DNA from: Candidatus Saccharimonadota bacterium
GTDB lineage: Bacteria; Patescibacteriota; Gracilibacteria; Absconditabacterales; Absconditicoccaceae
Direction: 5' to 3'
DNA: 32,000 nt
Assembly (NCBI GenBank): GCA_030429145.1
Contig: JAUIDC010000001.1
Span: 750,001 to 782,000, forward strand
Part shown: positions 8,772 through 21,958 of the stretch, piece by piece
How the letters are laid out: each line of letters opens with the position of its first letter
Position numbering within the stretch: the first letter of the stretch is position 1
Notes under the pieces: model-generated
The model's input: the letters and a program-made list of their open reading frames with translations, nothing else
Databases searched by the model: none
Told to the model about the DNA's origin: nothing
Program-made: the position numbers and the translations under genes

Positions 8772-9377
8772 TTATCCTCTAAAGAAAATGAATACCACTA
8801 CTGCTACGATGACGATGAACATGATAGTCATCCATACAATGTTCTTGTTTCTTTCACCCTTGTAGCCAGTGTATACTTCTTTGAGCTTAGACTCTAGTCT
8901 TTCCTTCTCTATAAGAAGCTTTTCTTTCTCTTCTGTATAGTCTGGTAGAGCAATCATGCTTTTCATTCTTCATTCTAACTCTCCAAGTTTCTGCTGTAGC
9001 ATGAAGATAACCTTATTTTTGTCCTCAAGAGCCTTATCTTTTTCTGTAAGGAGTCCAAAAAACTGATCAAGTCTTGAGTTGAGGTCTCCTCCTCCGCTGT
9101 TGCCTCCTCTACTTGAGCTAGAGGTGTTTTTTGCAAGTGAGTTATTATTGCTGCTGTTGTTTGATGATGAGATTACTTCGGTATATTCAGCGTCCTGACG
9201 AAGTAAGTTAAAGTCGTCTTGCATGGTGTCTACTTCGTCTCTAGATAAAATAACTTTGTTTGCTACTTTTTTATATGAAAGCTTTCCTGCTTTCACATAT
9301 CTATCAATAGTTCTTGTTGAAACCCCTAGATGTTTTGCTGCTGCTTCACGCGACATGTTATAGTTTAGCTCTGCCAT
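8772..9377 (-). CDS. Membrane-anchored HTH protein: N-terminal excisionase/MerR-type HTH, S/N-rich linker, coiled coil, C-terminal TM helix
   Basis: Track ORFs 8970..9377 and 8772..8966 share a frame and are separated only by TGA 8970..8972 (..LGELE[G]RMKSM..). The first true stop is TAA 8772..8774. The HTH is AAKHLGVSTRTIDRYVKAGKL and the TM segment is IVWMTIMFIVIVAVVVFIFF. Confidence 0.6.
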
Positions 9378-9382
9378 GGTTG

Positions 9383-9760
9383 TTAGAAAATTTTCTTAAG
9401 AATTAAAGTAAGAAGCGTAATGATGATCGACAAGATAAATGTCTGTTCTATGCTTCCAAGCGATACTGCGATACCTAGGTCAAGCTGCGACACAACGTAT
9501 TGGAATAGGTACAAGATGATCATATTGATGATGATGCTTGCTATCCCCAATGTCATGAGATTGATAGGTGTTGCGAGGAACTGTAAGATCTTTCTAATCA
9601 CCCAGTACATCAACCAAAAAATTGCTCACAGAGCAAGCAATAATGGGGTCGCTGACCATGATAGCGGTTCTATAGTAAGTCATCCTTGCGGGATGTATAG
9701 TGCTACAATAACCAGTACCAGTGTATTGATGATAATAGAGAGAAGTAGTGATCCTAGCAT
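9383..9760 (-). CDS. Phage holin family IV-like (DUF360-type) small membrane protein
   Basis: Track ORF 9383..9613 begins at an internal TTG. The frame extends upstream through 2 TGA to ATG 9760, giving 125 aa with several predicted TM segments. The family call is from memory of DUF360-like proteins. Confidence 0.5.
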
Positions 9761-9863
9761 CGTCCGGACATGTCGAGACAGATATAAATATCATTTACAA
9801 AATTGTCTATTACGTAACCTCACTTATAGAAATCTTCTGTCTCGTTGCAAGAGGAAATGCCTA

Positions 9864-10277
9864 TTATTGTCTAGACGTCGCTTTTTGTCATGCAATAATA
9901 CAGATAACGACAATGAGAACCAGTGTAAGTCAGAATATTGGCTGTTGGTAGTACTCCCATAGGCCTGCCCAGGTATTAGTTTCCATGTATTGTGGGATTC
10001 GTGCTATGATGTCGAGACAAAATCCGACAATAATGAAATATATACCGAGATATAGCCCCTGTAGCGCTCCTCTAGCTACTTTTTTCGAACGGAAGTATAA
10101 TGCTGCCATAAATCGAGTAATGATGACAGCTGCCGCAGCACTTACTACTCGTACTCGCATAGGCGGGTTTGCCATGTCGATACTCTCAAATCCAGCTACA
10201 AGACCAATAATGATCCCTATAGCAAGAGTGATAATGTAGGTGAGTAGTGCAAAACCGATAGCTCTTAATGGTTTCAT
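9864..10277 (-). CDS. Hypothetical integral membrane protein
   Basis: The start is likely MKPLRAIGF at 10277, just after the trpS stop. TGA 9930..9932 is read through, adding a C-terminal TM segment (..PIF[G]LTLVLIVVICIIA[G]QKATSRQ). TAA at 9864..9866. Length 137 aa. Confidence 0.55.
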
Positions 10278-10317
10278 GATATGTCTATTATGTATAAAGC
10301 AATGTTTATAGGTAGAA

Positions 10318-11289
10318 TCATACTTTTTGGAAGACTTCATCTACCTTCTTTTGCGCAATAACTGCTGCTTTTGGTGTCGACTTTTTCAATATACTGCTAA
10401 TGTCCTCATCAGTCAACTCGTTATATCTCTCTTGGATTGGTTTGAGAAATGCTACTATCCTTTCGTGTAGTTCCTCTTTGAGTGATCCATATCCACGTCC
10501 TCCATTTTCAAAATCAGCTCTTATCTTTTTGTCTTCTTCCTCATTGAGAAAGAGTTTCATGATCTGATAGAGTTGAGATTCATCGGGATTCTTTGGATCA
10601 TCGATCCCCTTCTCGTCTGTTGGGATCACTTTTACCTTTTTGAGTACTGTCTTTTCATCGTCCATAAGACCAATGTAGTTATTATATGATTTAGACATTT
10701 TGCGTCAGTCAATACCTGGTACGACTGCGACAGTCTCCTCTATCTTTGGCTCTGGTAGTTTAAATGTCTCACCAAATGTCTTGTTGAACTTCTCTGCTAT
10801 GTCACGTGCGTATTCCACATGCTGTTTCTGGTCTTTTCCGACGGGCACGACATCAGCATCATACAGCAATATGTCTGCAGCCATCAGGATAGGATAGGTG
10901 AAGACACCGACAGATATTTCACCTGCTTTTCCCTTGTTGATAGAGTCTTTATATGCATGCATGCGTTCAGCGGTTCCCATGTTAGTCAAACACTGCAATA
11001 CCCATGTGAGCTGTGCATGTGCAGGGATCATAGCCTGATTATAAATGAGTGTTTTTTCAGGATCTAGTCCACATGCAATGTACAGTTTTAGTGCATTGAT
11101 GCTGTATTGTCTTACCTTGTCTGCATCGTGGAGTGCTGTCAAAGAGTGCATATTTGCGAGAAAGAGAAACACATCATACTCTCCGGAGTTTTGATACTGT
11201 ATCATTTGTGGTATTTGCATCCCGAAATAGTTTCCGATATGCATGTGTTCACCTGTTGGTTTCAATCCTGTCAATAATCTTTTTGTCAT
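10318..11289 (-). CDS. trpS: Tryptophan--tRNA ligase
   Basis: Track ORFs 10705..11289 and 10318..10698 are joined by TGA 10705..10707, giving VPGID[G]RKMSKSYNN (KMSKS). The HIGH-type motif GEHMHIGNY is present. Length 323 aa. Confidence 0.9.
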
Positions 11290-11311
11290 CTTCTTTTCAA
11301 AATACTAAATA

Positions 11312-12271
11312 TTATCCTAAGTTTGCTTTGATTACTCTCATAGCATTTTCATGAAAGAACTTTTCCGTCGTGATGCTACCAAGCTTGGCGTTCATTCTTT
11401 CATAGAGCAGATGGATTCCTTTTACAGACTCCATACCGGCTACAGTTTTTTCTTTCGGTATCCCATGCCAATCACTTCCAAGTGCTACGTAGTCATCGCC
11501 GATACGATTTACAATGTATCCGACCTGCTCGACATATTGATCTATAGTAACAATCGGATCAGTAGATATGAAAGGCTTATACAAACTCAGACCAATCACT
11601 CCTCCGTTTTTAGGAAAGAGATCGATGATCTCATCGGGGATGTTTCTCGAATGAGCATGGATAGCATGGATATTGCTATGTGAGTTTAGTATCGGTTTCG
11701 TAGAGCTCTGCAGGAGTTCTTTCATCCCTTGTCGACTCATATGAGCGGTGTCTATGATCATTCACCAGGAGTTCATAGCTTCCATGAGTTCAAACCCCAG
11801 TGGTGTAAGGCCTTTTTCTGCAGAGCCATGTGCTCAACTGAGTGTCGTGTCATTGTTCCATGTTCGGCCAAAAGACCTCACTCCTTTCTCATACCAGTTT
11901 TTTACTATGTCGACACTATCTATGTTGTCATGTCATTCGATATGTATCAGTACTTTTAGTCATTCTTTTGTGAGGTCGTCACTACTCTTCACCACACTTA
12001 ACTTGCTTCACCATGACAATGCTCCGTCTATTCCTTTCTCTATCAAATTTTCATCAAACGATATCTTTCTTCCATGGACATCTTTCATGTCTCATTCACA
12101 TACATATGGTCGTATCGCATTTACTACCAACGCATAATCATCCTTATAGTCGTCATATGTGCCTACATTGTAATCAGGGCTTATCTCCTTTCATTTCTCA
12201 CTATCAAAAAACAGTACCGGCTCATTGCCGTAGGTCATAATCAGATCTTGATGAATATCGACTGCTTTCAT
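11312..12271 (-). CDS. Membrane dipeptidase, peptidase family M19
   Basis: Track ORF 11312..11761 extends upstream through 7 TGA to ATG 12271. Motifs are VDIHQD, LIHIE[G]HDNID, GVRSFGRTWNNDTTLS[G]AHG, GLTPLGFELMEAMNSW[G]MIIDTAHMS and SHSNIHAIHAHSRNIPDE. Confidence 0.8.
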
Positions 12272-12369
12272 ACGCACAGCTTACTAAATTCCAATCATTT
12301 TTCTATTCCAAATTGTAATTTTTTTATAAAAGACTAATATATCCTTGTTTTATTGATTTTCCCCTCTAG

Positions 12370-12957
12370 ATGACACAAGTTGAGAAAAAAGAGCGAGAGA
12401 GGTTCGTAGAGGTCTTTCTGGCTAAGAATAAAGAGCTGAATTTGTCTGCCATTCGTGACGCAGATGGGGTTTTTGTGAAACATGTAAAAGATGCTTTAGA
12501 GCTCAATAAGATACGGACATTTGAAAGCTGACAAGAAGTTATTGATGTCGGTACGGGTGGATGAATTCCCTTGCTCCCTCTAGCTATGAGTAACCCAGAA
12601 GTCCACTTTGTCGGATTGGATAGTGTGAAAAAGAAGACGATAGCAATCATGGACATGGCCGAGAACTTGTGAATAAAAAATGTCGAAGTTGTATGGTCTC
12701 GTGCTGAACAACATAAGGTAAAATACGACGTTTTGACAGCCCGTGCTATGGCCTATATAGACAATCTGATGACTCGGTGCTACCAGCTCGTGAAAAAATG
12801 AGGCTATTTTATCCTCTATAAGATGCGATCAGAGGAAGAAGAAATGGCTATCGATGCTGTATGTAATAGGTATAAACTAGCGCTCGAGAAGCAACATATG
12901 TATAAACTGTCAGATGATGACATCCAAAGAGTAATCTATATTCTAAAGAAATTATAA
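12370..12957 (+). CDS. rsmG: 16S rRNA (guanine527-N7)-methyltransferase RsmG (GidB)
   Basis: Absent from the track because of 4 in-frame TGA. The hand translation of 195 aa gives NLSAIRD..VKHVKDAL and the SAM motif VIDVGTGG[G]IPLLPLA, with that TGA at 12562..12564. It also gives VLTARAMA. The antisense track ORF 12366..12656 is rejected. Confidence 0.85.
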
Positions 12958-12962
12958 GATTT

Positions 12963-12991
12963 AAAAAACTTCAGCAACTGCTGAAGTTTTT
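12963..12991. terminator. Bidirectional intrinsic terminator between rsmG and groEL
   Basis: Stem aaaacttcagc/gctgaagtttt with loop aact. Confidence 0.75.
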
Positions 12992-13010
12992 ACTTATTGA
13001 GTAGTATTTC

Positions 13011-14651
<1,641 letters not shown>

Positions 14652-14695
14652 TTAATAACAAATTTATAAAATTAAAAGTCTATAAAGTTACAATA

Positions 14696-14983
14696 TTAAT
14701 GTTCGATTGCTAGAATTGATGAGTGTCTAATGATAAGTAATTTTTTGCCATCAACCTCTATCTCGTCTGGAGAGTATTTTGTAAAATGGACAATGTCATC
14801 TTCTTTGACATCCATAGTTCCTCTTTCGCCGTTATCAAGAATTTTTCCTGCACCAACAGCGACAACTTTCCCTCTTGAAGGCTTTTCTTTACTGTCTGGT
14901 AGGACAATGCCACTGGCTGTCTTCTTCTCCTCTTCGAGAGGCTCGATCAATACGTGATCTTCAATAGGAATAAGCTTTTTCAT
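14696..14983 (-). CDS. groES: Co-chaperonin GroES
   Basis: MKKLIPIEDHVLIEP..GKVVAVGAGK.., 95 aa, located 47 nt upstream of groEL. The longer start in the track adds an implausible Phe/Cys leader. Confidence 0.9.
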   Translation of the reverse strand: MKKLIPIEDHVLIEPLEEEKKTASGIVLPDSKEKPSRGKVVAVGAGKILDNGERGTMDVKEDDIVHFTKYSPDEIEVDGKKLLIIRHSSILAIEH

Positions 14984-15056
14984 GTTGCTGATACAAACAA
15001 AAAAATAAAAAAAGCACACGTAAAATTAATCATTTATTGTCTACTTTCAAGAGGAA

Positions 15057-15083
15057 GTAGCACTCATGCTATTTTTGTGCTAT
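15057..15083 (-). promoter_or_regulatory. Degenerate CIRCE-like inverted repeat (putative HrcA operator) upstream of groES
   Basis: The minus strand reads ATAGCACAA-N9-GAGTGCTAC against the consensus TTAGCACTC-N9-GAGTGCTAA. The left half matches 6 of 9 and the right half 8 of 9. It lies about 75 nt upstream of the groES start. Confidence 0.5.
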
Positions 15084-15105
15084 ATTCTTATGTTGTGAGA
15101 AAATA

Positions 15106-17343
15106 TTATCCAAATAACCCCTGTTGCTTAGGCATTTCTTTCTTCTTTTTCTCTTTTTGCTCGGCGAAAAGTTTCATGGGCTGTATGTCGTCCGTGAGGA
15201 ATGGATAGCGCGTTTCAAGTTTGTCGAGACCTTCGATAATGATAGTATTTTGTTGTTCTTTTGCTTTGTCGAGTTTACTTGATGGATCATTACCGACTAT
15301 GAGGAAGTCGGTGCTTTGGGTAAGGTTGTCGACAACGATGGCACCATGCTTCGTGAGGATCTCTGCAATAACCTTTCTTGGGATCTCAAAAGTGCCTGTG
15401 ATACAGAAAGATTTGCCAGAGAGCTTCCCTTCTATGTTTTTCCTTCTCAGGTCAAAAATCGAGAAGTTGACACCTGCCTTTACGAGAGCATCAAGCATCT
15501 GTTTGTTGTCCTCGTTGGAGAACCAAACTTCGAGAGAGATGATCGTCTCAGAACCAATTCCTTTTATTGATCTCAAAAACTCATCGTTAGTCAGGAGACG
15601 TTCTAGATCCTCTACTCCGAAGTCTTTTTTCTCGCTGTATCCTTTATTTGCAATAGCTTCTACGATAATCTGAGCCATCTTCTTACCGATATGCTGGATG
15701 CCGAGGCCGTTAATCACTCTTCGAAGTGCACTATTTTTAGATTTTCTGAGTTCGTCAGCGATGAGCTGAAATTTCCTTTGTCCGATAAGAGGCATCGCCA
15801 TCATCTGAATTCTCTTCTGTGGCTCCTCGAGCGTATAGAGATCTGCAACGTTCTTAACGAGCTTTTGATCAACAAGCTGTTCAATGATGCTATCTCCTAT
15901 GCCGTCAATATTCATAGCATCACGAGAGACCCAGTAGGCAATCTTCCCTTTTATCTGTGCTGGACATGTCGCATTTGGACAGTAGATATGAATGTCTGTT
16001 TTACTCCATACTACAGGCGTCTGACAGACTGGACACTTTTCAGGAATAGATATCTCTTGCTCTTTTCCAGTACGTGCATTGATCACAGGTGCTACTACAT
16101 ATGGGATGACTTCACCACTTCTCTGGATCCAGACACTATCGTGAAGCTGGATGTCTTTCTCCTTGATAAATTCTGCATTGTGTAGACTCGCACGAGAGAT
16201 AGTTACTCATCCAAGAAGTACTGGTTCCAAGTTTGCAGTAGGCGTCAATATACCTGTTCTTCCTACCTGCCAGTCGACAGATGCGAGTCTTGTCACAACC
16301 TGTTTCGCAGGAAATTTGTAAGCCATAGCTCGGCGCGGATGGTGGTTTGTCTCGCCAAGAATCTCACGTAATGATAGATTGTTTACTTTGATAACGATTC
16401 CGTCAAAGTCTATCTCTTTTTTATCAAATGTTTCCTTTGTATGTGGATCTGTACAGAGTGAGATAACAGTTTGGATAGTCGAACAGTGCTTTCTCCATGG
16501 AAATACGAGAAATCATTGCTCCTTGAGAAAATCGAGCGTCTCTTCATGTTTCTCCATGCCGTCGGGCCTTCCTTCTAAGACCTGGTAGACATAACATTCC
16601 AGTCATCTTTTTGCTGTAACGCTTGTGTCGAGCTGTCTGAGTGACCCTGATGCTGCATTACGAGGGTTGGCAAAGAGAGCCTCATTATTCTGTTCTCTTT
16701 CCTTATTTACTCTTTCAAATGCCTTTTTTGTCATCACAATCTCTCCTCTCAGGCGCAAAGAAAGTGATCTATCTTTCAAATAAAAAGGCACAGAAAGAAG
16801 TGTCTTCACGTTTTCTGTGATATCCTCTCCTATATACCCATCTCCACGTGTAATGGCTTGCACATATTCACCATTTTTATAGATAAGCTCGATGCTGATA
16901 CCGTCGTATTTTGGTTCGCAAACATATGTGATCTCATGAGAGGTGGGTTCTTGTTCCTTTTGTTTGTTATATAGTCTTTTGATACTTTCATCCCAGGCTG
17001 TGAGGTCGTCCCCGTTGTAGCTGTTTTCTAATGAAAGCAATGGGATGATATGTTCTGCTTGTTGGAAATTTTCTTGGAGCTGATAGGTAAGACGTTGAGT
17101 CGGGCTGTCAGAGCGAATTATATGTGGGAACATCTCTTCAGCAGACTTGAGATAAGCGAAAAGCTCATCGTACTGAGAGTCAGAGATAATTGGTGTAGAA
17201 TCGATATAGTACAATTTATTGTGCTGTCCGAGAATATTGATAAGATCTTGGTAGATATCAGAAAATTGTTTCTCCTGGAGCGATGCCACAGGATGAGACG
17301 ATATAAAATTGAGATATTTTTCGGTTTCTTGTGAGAGTTCCAT
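15106..17343 (-). CDS. ligA: NAD-dependent DNA ligase LigA
   Basis: Track ORFs 16603..17379 and 15106..16086 share a frame. The gap translates continuously with 3 TGA (TAKR[G]L, KEQ[G]F, PVLLG[G]V). Motifs are CEPKYDG (adenylation Lys), [22 protein letters not shown], the Zn finger CPVCQ..CPNATCP and a BRCT-like C-terminus. The likely start is MELSQ at 17343. Confidence 0.9.
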
Positions 17344-17380
17344 GCTGCCCAATATAAGGAATTTTGCACGGAAAAACAAT

Positions 17381-17410
17381 AAAAAAAGCCACCTTTTCAG
17401 GCAGCTTACT
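17381..17410 (-). terminator. Intrinsic terminator after rpoD
   Basis: The minus strand reads aagctgcc-tgaaaa-ggtggctt (two G-T pairs) followed by T7. Confidence 0.55.
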
Positions 17411-17411
17411 G

Positions 17412-19340
17412 TTAGTCATCTAGATAGCTGAAGTCATCATCGTCTTCAAAGAATCCACTTGCTTCCTCATCATCTGATATTTTTGGAAGCTTGATCTTTC
17501 ACTTTTTGAGATTCTTGTTGAAGCGTTCCATCTTTTCGATGTCGTCTTCGATACCAAGGATCTTTTGGAGTCCGATATGTTCCTTAAGTTTCTGAAGAAC
17601 CTTCTGTTCGATCTGTCTCACACGCTCACGTGTTACTTGGAACTCCTCTCCAACCTGTTCAAGCGTGTATTTTGGACCGTCGATACCATATCTCATCTTA
17701 ATGATTTTCGCTTCACGTTCATCAAGCATGCTAAGGATATAGTTGAGGTTTGTTCTGATAGTATCCTTTTCAGCGGCCTGATCAGGTCTCATAGTACTTT
17801 TGTCTTCAATCAAATCACCAAGAGAGTCCTTGCCGTCATCACCTACTTCACTGTCGAGAGAGACATTTCCAAAGATCACCTCTTCAAGTTTCTTAATCTT
17901 CTTGATGTTAAAGTTCAACTTTGTACCGATTTCTTTCGATGTTGGTTCACGTCCAAGTTTCTGGAAGAGTTCTTGGTAGGCTTTGTTATAGCTATTGATC
18001 TCATCGATTAGATGGACAGGGATTCTCACATGTTTCGTCATATCAGCAATAGCCTTTGTGACCGACTGCTTGATCCACCATGTTGCGTAGGTAGAAAACT
18101 TGAAGTCTTTATCTGGGTCGAATTTTTCAATTGCTTTGATCAGTCCGACATTACCCTCTTGAATGAGGTCAGAAAAGCTCAGTCTAGAACCAAAGAATCT
18201 TTTAGCTATGGAAATAACCAATCTTAGATTTGATTCAATAAGCTTCTTCTTTGCGTTTTCATCACCACGTCTGACACGGATAGCGATAGCCTTCTCCTCT
18301 TCAGCGCTAAGCAGTGGGATTTTTGAAATATCGTTGAAGTAGAGTTTGATGTGGTCGTGATACTGTTTATCGTTGATCGTATATTTTTTTTCGTAGAGCT
18401 CTACTTTACCAAGTTTGCTTCCACCCTGTAGCATCTGCTTGTTTTCTGCTTCAAAGACCTCTTCGATAGTAACGATCTTGATGCTCATCTTTTCAGCGAG
18501 CTCATAGAACTTTTCTACCATCTTAATCTTTGCGTCTAGGTCGTCTACTTCTGTCAATATCTCCTCCTCGGTGATATGACCTGACTGCATACCTTTTTTC
18601 AAAAGATTTTGTAGCTCTGGAGTCATATCATTGATATCTTCAGCAAGCTTGTCCCAGATCTGCTGTCTATTTACGGCTTTTCTTACATGATCTTTCTTAG
18701 CGGTGCTCTTGGTATTCTTATCATCTTTGGCGTCCTTTTGCTCATTGCCATTTTTTGCTGACTGAGCAGCTCATAGTCTTGTTAGGGTCTTGAGGTCGTG
18801 CTTTCTTTTCTTTGCAGCTTCAGCTTTTAGCCTCTTCTCCTCCATAAATGAAAGCTCTTTCTTTGCTGCCTTTTTTACAGTCGTTTTTCCACCAGCTTTT
18901 TTGACAACTTTCGATACTTTCTTCGCCACTTTCTTGACGACAGGTTTCTTTTCCGTTGCTTTTTTCGTCTTCACAGCTGCTTTTTTGACACTCTTTTTTG
19001 CCGTAGCTTTTGCTGGTTTGCTCGCTGTTTTTTTCGCTCCTGCAGATCTCGCAGATTTACTGGGCGTCTTCGTCTTCTTCTTCGCTGCGGTTGTTTTCTT
19101 TGCTGTCACTTTCTTTGTAGCTTTTTTTGCAGCTGTTTTCTTGGCAGTACTCTTTTTTGCTGGAGTTTTTTTAGCGACGGTTTTCTTTGTCGTCACTTTC
19201 TTTACAGCCTTTTTTGCACTCGACTTCTTCGGTGCTGGCTTTGTAACTGTCTTCTTCTTTGCAGGCGCTGCTACTTTTTTTGTCGTCTTTTTCTTGTCAG
19301 TAGCTTTCTTTACAGCCTTTTTTGCTTTCTTTGCTGGCAT
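17412..19340 (-). CDS. rpoD: RNA polymerase sigma-70 factor RpoD with a fused Lys/Ala-rich histone-H1-like N-terminal domain and a short acidic C-terminal tail
   Basis: Track ORFs 18771..19340 (189 aa of AKK/KKA repeats) and 17499..18626 (sigma regions 1.2-4, e.g. RLVISIAKRF, YATWWIKQ, TLEQVGEEFQVTRERVRQIE) share a frame. TGA 18771..18773 and 48 open codons connect them. TGA 17499..17501 is read through to TAA 17412..17414. An in-frame TAG lies 3 codons upstream of ATG 19340. Total 642 aa. Confidence 0.8.
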
Positions 19341-19370
19341 GCCAACCTATGTCATAATGAGCTAAAATAT

Positions 19371-21839
19371 CTATCTTAATGTTGCACCATGTTTTTCTCC
19401 TGTCTTTATCACCTGTTGGATGATCTCATTTATCTGTTCGGTGGTCATCGATCCGTCACCAGTGATGCTAAAGGTGAATGCTATCGACTTCTTTCCTTCA
19501 GGAAGTTTATCTCATGCATAGATATCAAATACTTCTATATCACCAATCGTATCCATCGCTTTTATTGCATCCATCACACTATCTCGACTCTTGTCTTTAT
19601 CGATAACGAAGCAGACATCTCTATATACTATCTGGTCCTGTAGTGTCTTATAACTCTTTGTGTATGCCTGTTCACCTTCCATATATGAGACTAATGTGTC
19701 CATATCAAGCGACGCATAGCTCACCTGGGCTGTTTCATTGATCTTATAGTTTTGTTGCACAAGCGGATGCACAGTTGCTATGTAACCAATAGCTTCTCCG
19801 TCTGCGAGGATGGTTGCTTGTTTCTTCGGATGAAAGTACTCTTTGTCTGTAGCAGAGAAGCTGATCTGTTTGACTCATAGCTTGTGCAGCAGTGTTTGCA
19901 CATGAGCTTTGAGTTCTAAGATAGTATCTTGTTGTCGGCCGGATATGCTCTTTCTATAGAGAGCCATGCCAAGAGCTTTACGCTCTGTCAGCTTACCTTT
20001 GTCTTCCGGCCATATCTTTCCTGTATCAAATACTCTTATCTCATCAAATGTTCTGTGATTCTTCTCAACAATATCCATCAATCCATATATCATATCAGGT
20101 CTGAGCTTGCTTGTCTCAGGACTAGATGGGTTGAGCAACGTATAGTGGGTGTTCTTATCATGACCAAAGTATGCATAATGACTTTCCTCTGCCCATGGAT
20201 ATGTTTCTCCTTGTTCCATACGAGCCTCATGAATGAGGTAGTCTTCCACTGCTCTCTGTAATTTTACTTCAGGCGTAAATGGTACGTATGCACTTTCTCC
20301 TTGTAGAGGTTGTGGTTCTATATTGTCATATCCGTGAATTCTTGCGACTTCCTCATAGATATCCTCTGGTATATTCATGTCGTCTGGAGAACGTCGAAGA
20401 GGTATGGTGACAGTATTTTCACTGTATGCAAAACCAAGGTTTTCTAATATCTTTGTGGCAGAATCGTCAAATGCATGCGTATTGTTGCCAAAGATAATGC
20501 TAGCTCCTTTCGCAGCATCTATCTCAACTGTTTTCTTCTGACTGAGCGATGATTTCAATGTATCAGCTATGTGATAGCTAATGCCATGGACAGCATTGTT
20601 GCCAAGATCCGTCGCATAAAATTTGCTTTCTTCCAAGAAAAACAGGAGCGAATAGAGAGAGAAAAGCGGATTGATATGCTTCTCATATCTGAGTTCTGCA
20701 TCAGTTCTGAGTCCTAGTCTTGTACCCGTTTTTCTCACTGCGACTGGGTCAAAGTGAGCAATCTCTACAACGATGTTTGTTGTCTTTTCGGTTACCCCAC
20801 TTGTCTTACCCCCGACGACACCTGCAAGTGCAAGCACTTTTTCATCGTCAGCGATCACGATATCTTCAGCGATAAGCTCATGTTCTTTATCGAACAGATC
20901 GATGAACTTCTCTCACTTCTTTGCTTGTCTCACAGTAATTCCTCCTTTGATCATATCGGCATCAAAGAAATGGACAGGATGTCCTGTTGTCATCATAAAT
21001 AGATTTGAGAAGTCTACCCAGTTGTTCCTACTCTGTTGGCCGATATCCTGTATAGCTAGTCTCGTGTAGAGGGTTGATCTTTGTACGTTGACGTCTTTGT
21101 ATTCCACTGCAATATAGCTTTGACAGTTTTCAGTCTCTACGTTGACACTCATAGATGATTTGGTAGCGTTTTCGAGGGTGTCGAGGATGTTTGTTGTTTC
21201 GAATGTGTGCTTCCATTCAGGAAGTTTGTTAAATGAAAATTTGTGGTTTTCCATAGCATAGATCGCTTGTAGTTCCCATGCGATACCAAAATGTCCCGTC
21301 AAGTCAGGTCTGTGTGTGACGGTTTTATTGTCTACATCGAGTATAGCATTGTTCATCCATGGATATTTCTCTCCGAGTGGCATACCAATATCGGTATCAC
21401 TGAGGTCAGAAAGGTCCTCGTCCATGATCCAAATCCAGTGTTTGTCTTCATCTTCGTTGATACCGATCTCTCCTTTTGAGCAGATCATTCCGTTTGAGTC
21501 CTCGCCTCTCATCTTTCTTGGCTCGATCTTGAGGTCGATAGCAGGAAGATAGCAACCAGGGATAGCTACTGCTACAAAGACATTTGCAATGATGTTTTCA
21601 CCTCCTGTACAGATCTGAAATTTGCCTGCTTTTCCGCAGTCTATCTGGCACACTTTGAGCTTATCTGCATTGGGATGGTCTTTTACATCAAGCACCTTAC
21701 CGATGAGTATATCATCAGGTAGCTTTCTTTCAATGATCTCCTCTATTTCACATGTTTTCAGTGTCAGTTGACGAGCGATGTTCTCAGCTGTGTCCTGTAC
21801 ACCGATATACTTCTTGAGCAAACTTAGCGAATAACGCAT
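19371..21839 (-). CDS. pheT: Phenylalanine--tRNA ligase beta subunit
   Basis: Three same-frame track ORFs are joined by TGA at 20913, 19875 and 19512. The N-terminal tRNA-binding domain is KVCQIDCG. The C-terminal FDX-ACB domain is ..FDIYA[G]DKLPEGKKSIAFTF..GATLR, ending at TAG 19371..19373. Length 822 aa. No pheS lies adjacent. Confidence 0.9.
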
Positions 21840-21958
21840 TGACTAGCGATTTTTCTTATCTCAAATAAAAATTTGCCAACAAAAAATCACGGCGATTTGT
21901 CAATGTATATTCGGATTAATGGTGATTGCAAGGGGAAAGATACAATTTTTACAAGCAT

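Noticed and set aside
9420-9962. Track ORF of 180 aa (+), together with 9594..9794 (-) and 9748..9951 (+)
   Set aside because: They overlap the holin-like and membrane-protein genes in other frames or on the other strand. Their composition is Cys/Arg-rich and not protein-like.
12366-12656. Track ORF of 96 aa (-)
   Set aside because: It is antisense to rsmG, whose plus-strand translation carries the diagnostic SAM-binding motif.
18790-19365. Track ORF of 191 aa (+) rich in Phe and Ala
   Set aside because: It is the antisense mirror of the Lys/Ala-repeat region of rpoD, where AAG/GCT repeats read as CTT/AGC and similar on the other strand. It is an artefact of low-complexity sequence.
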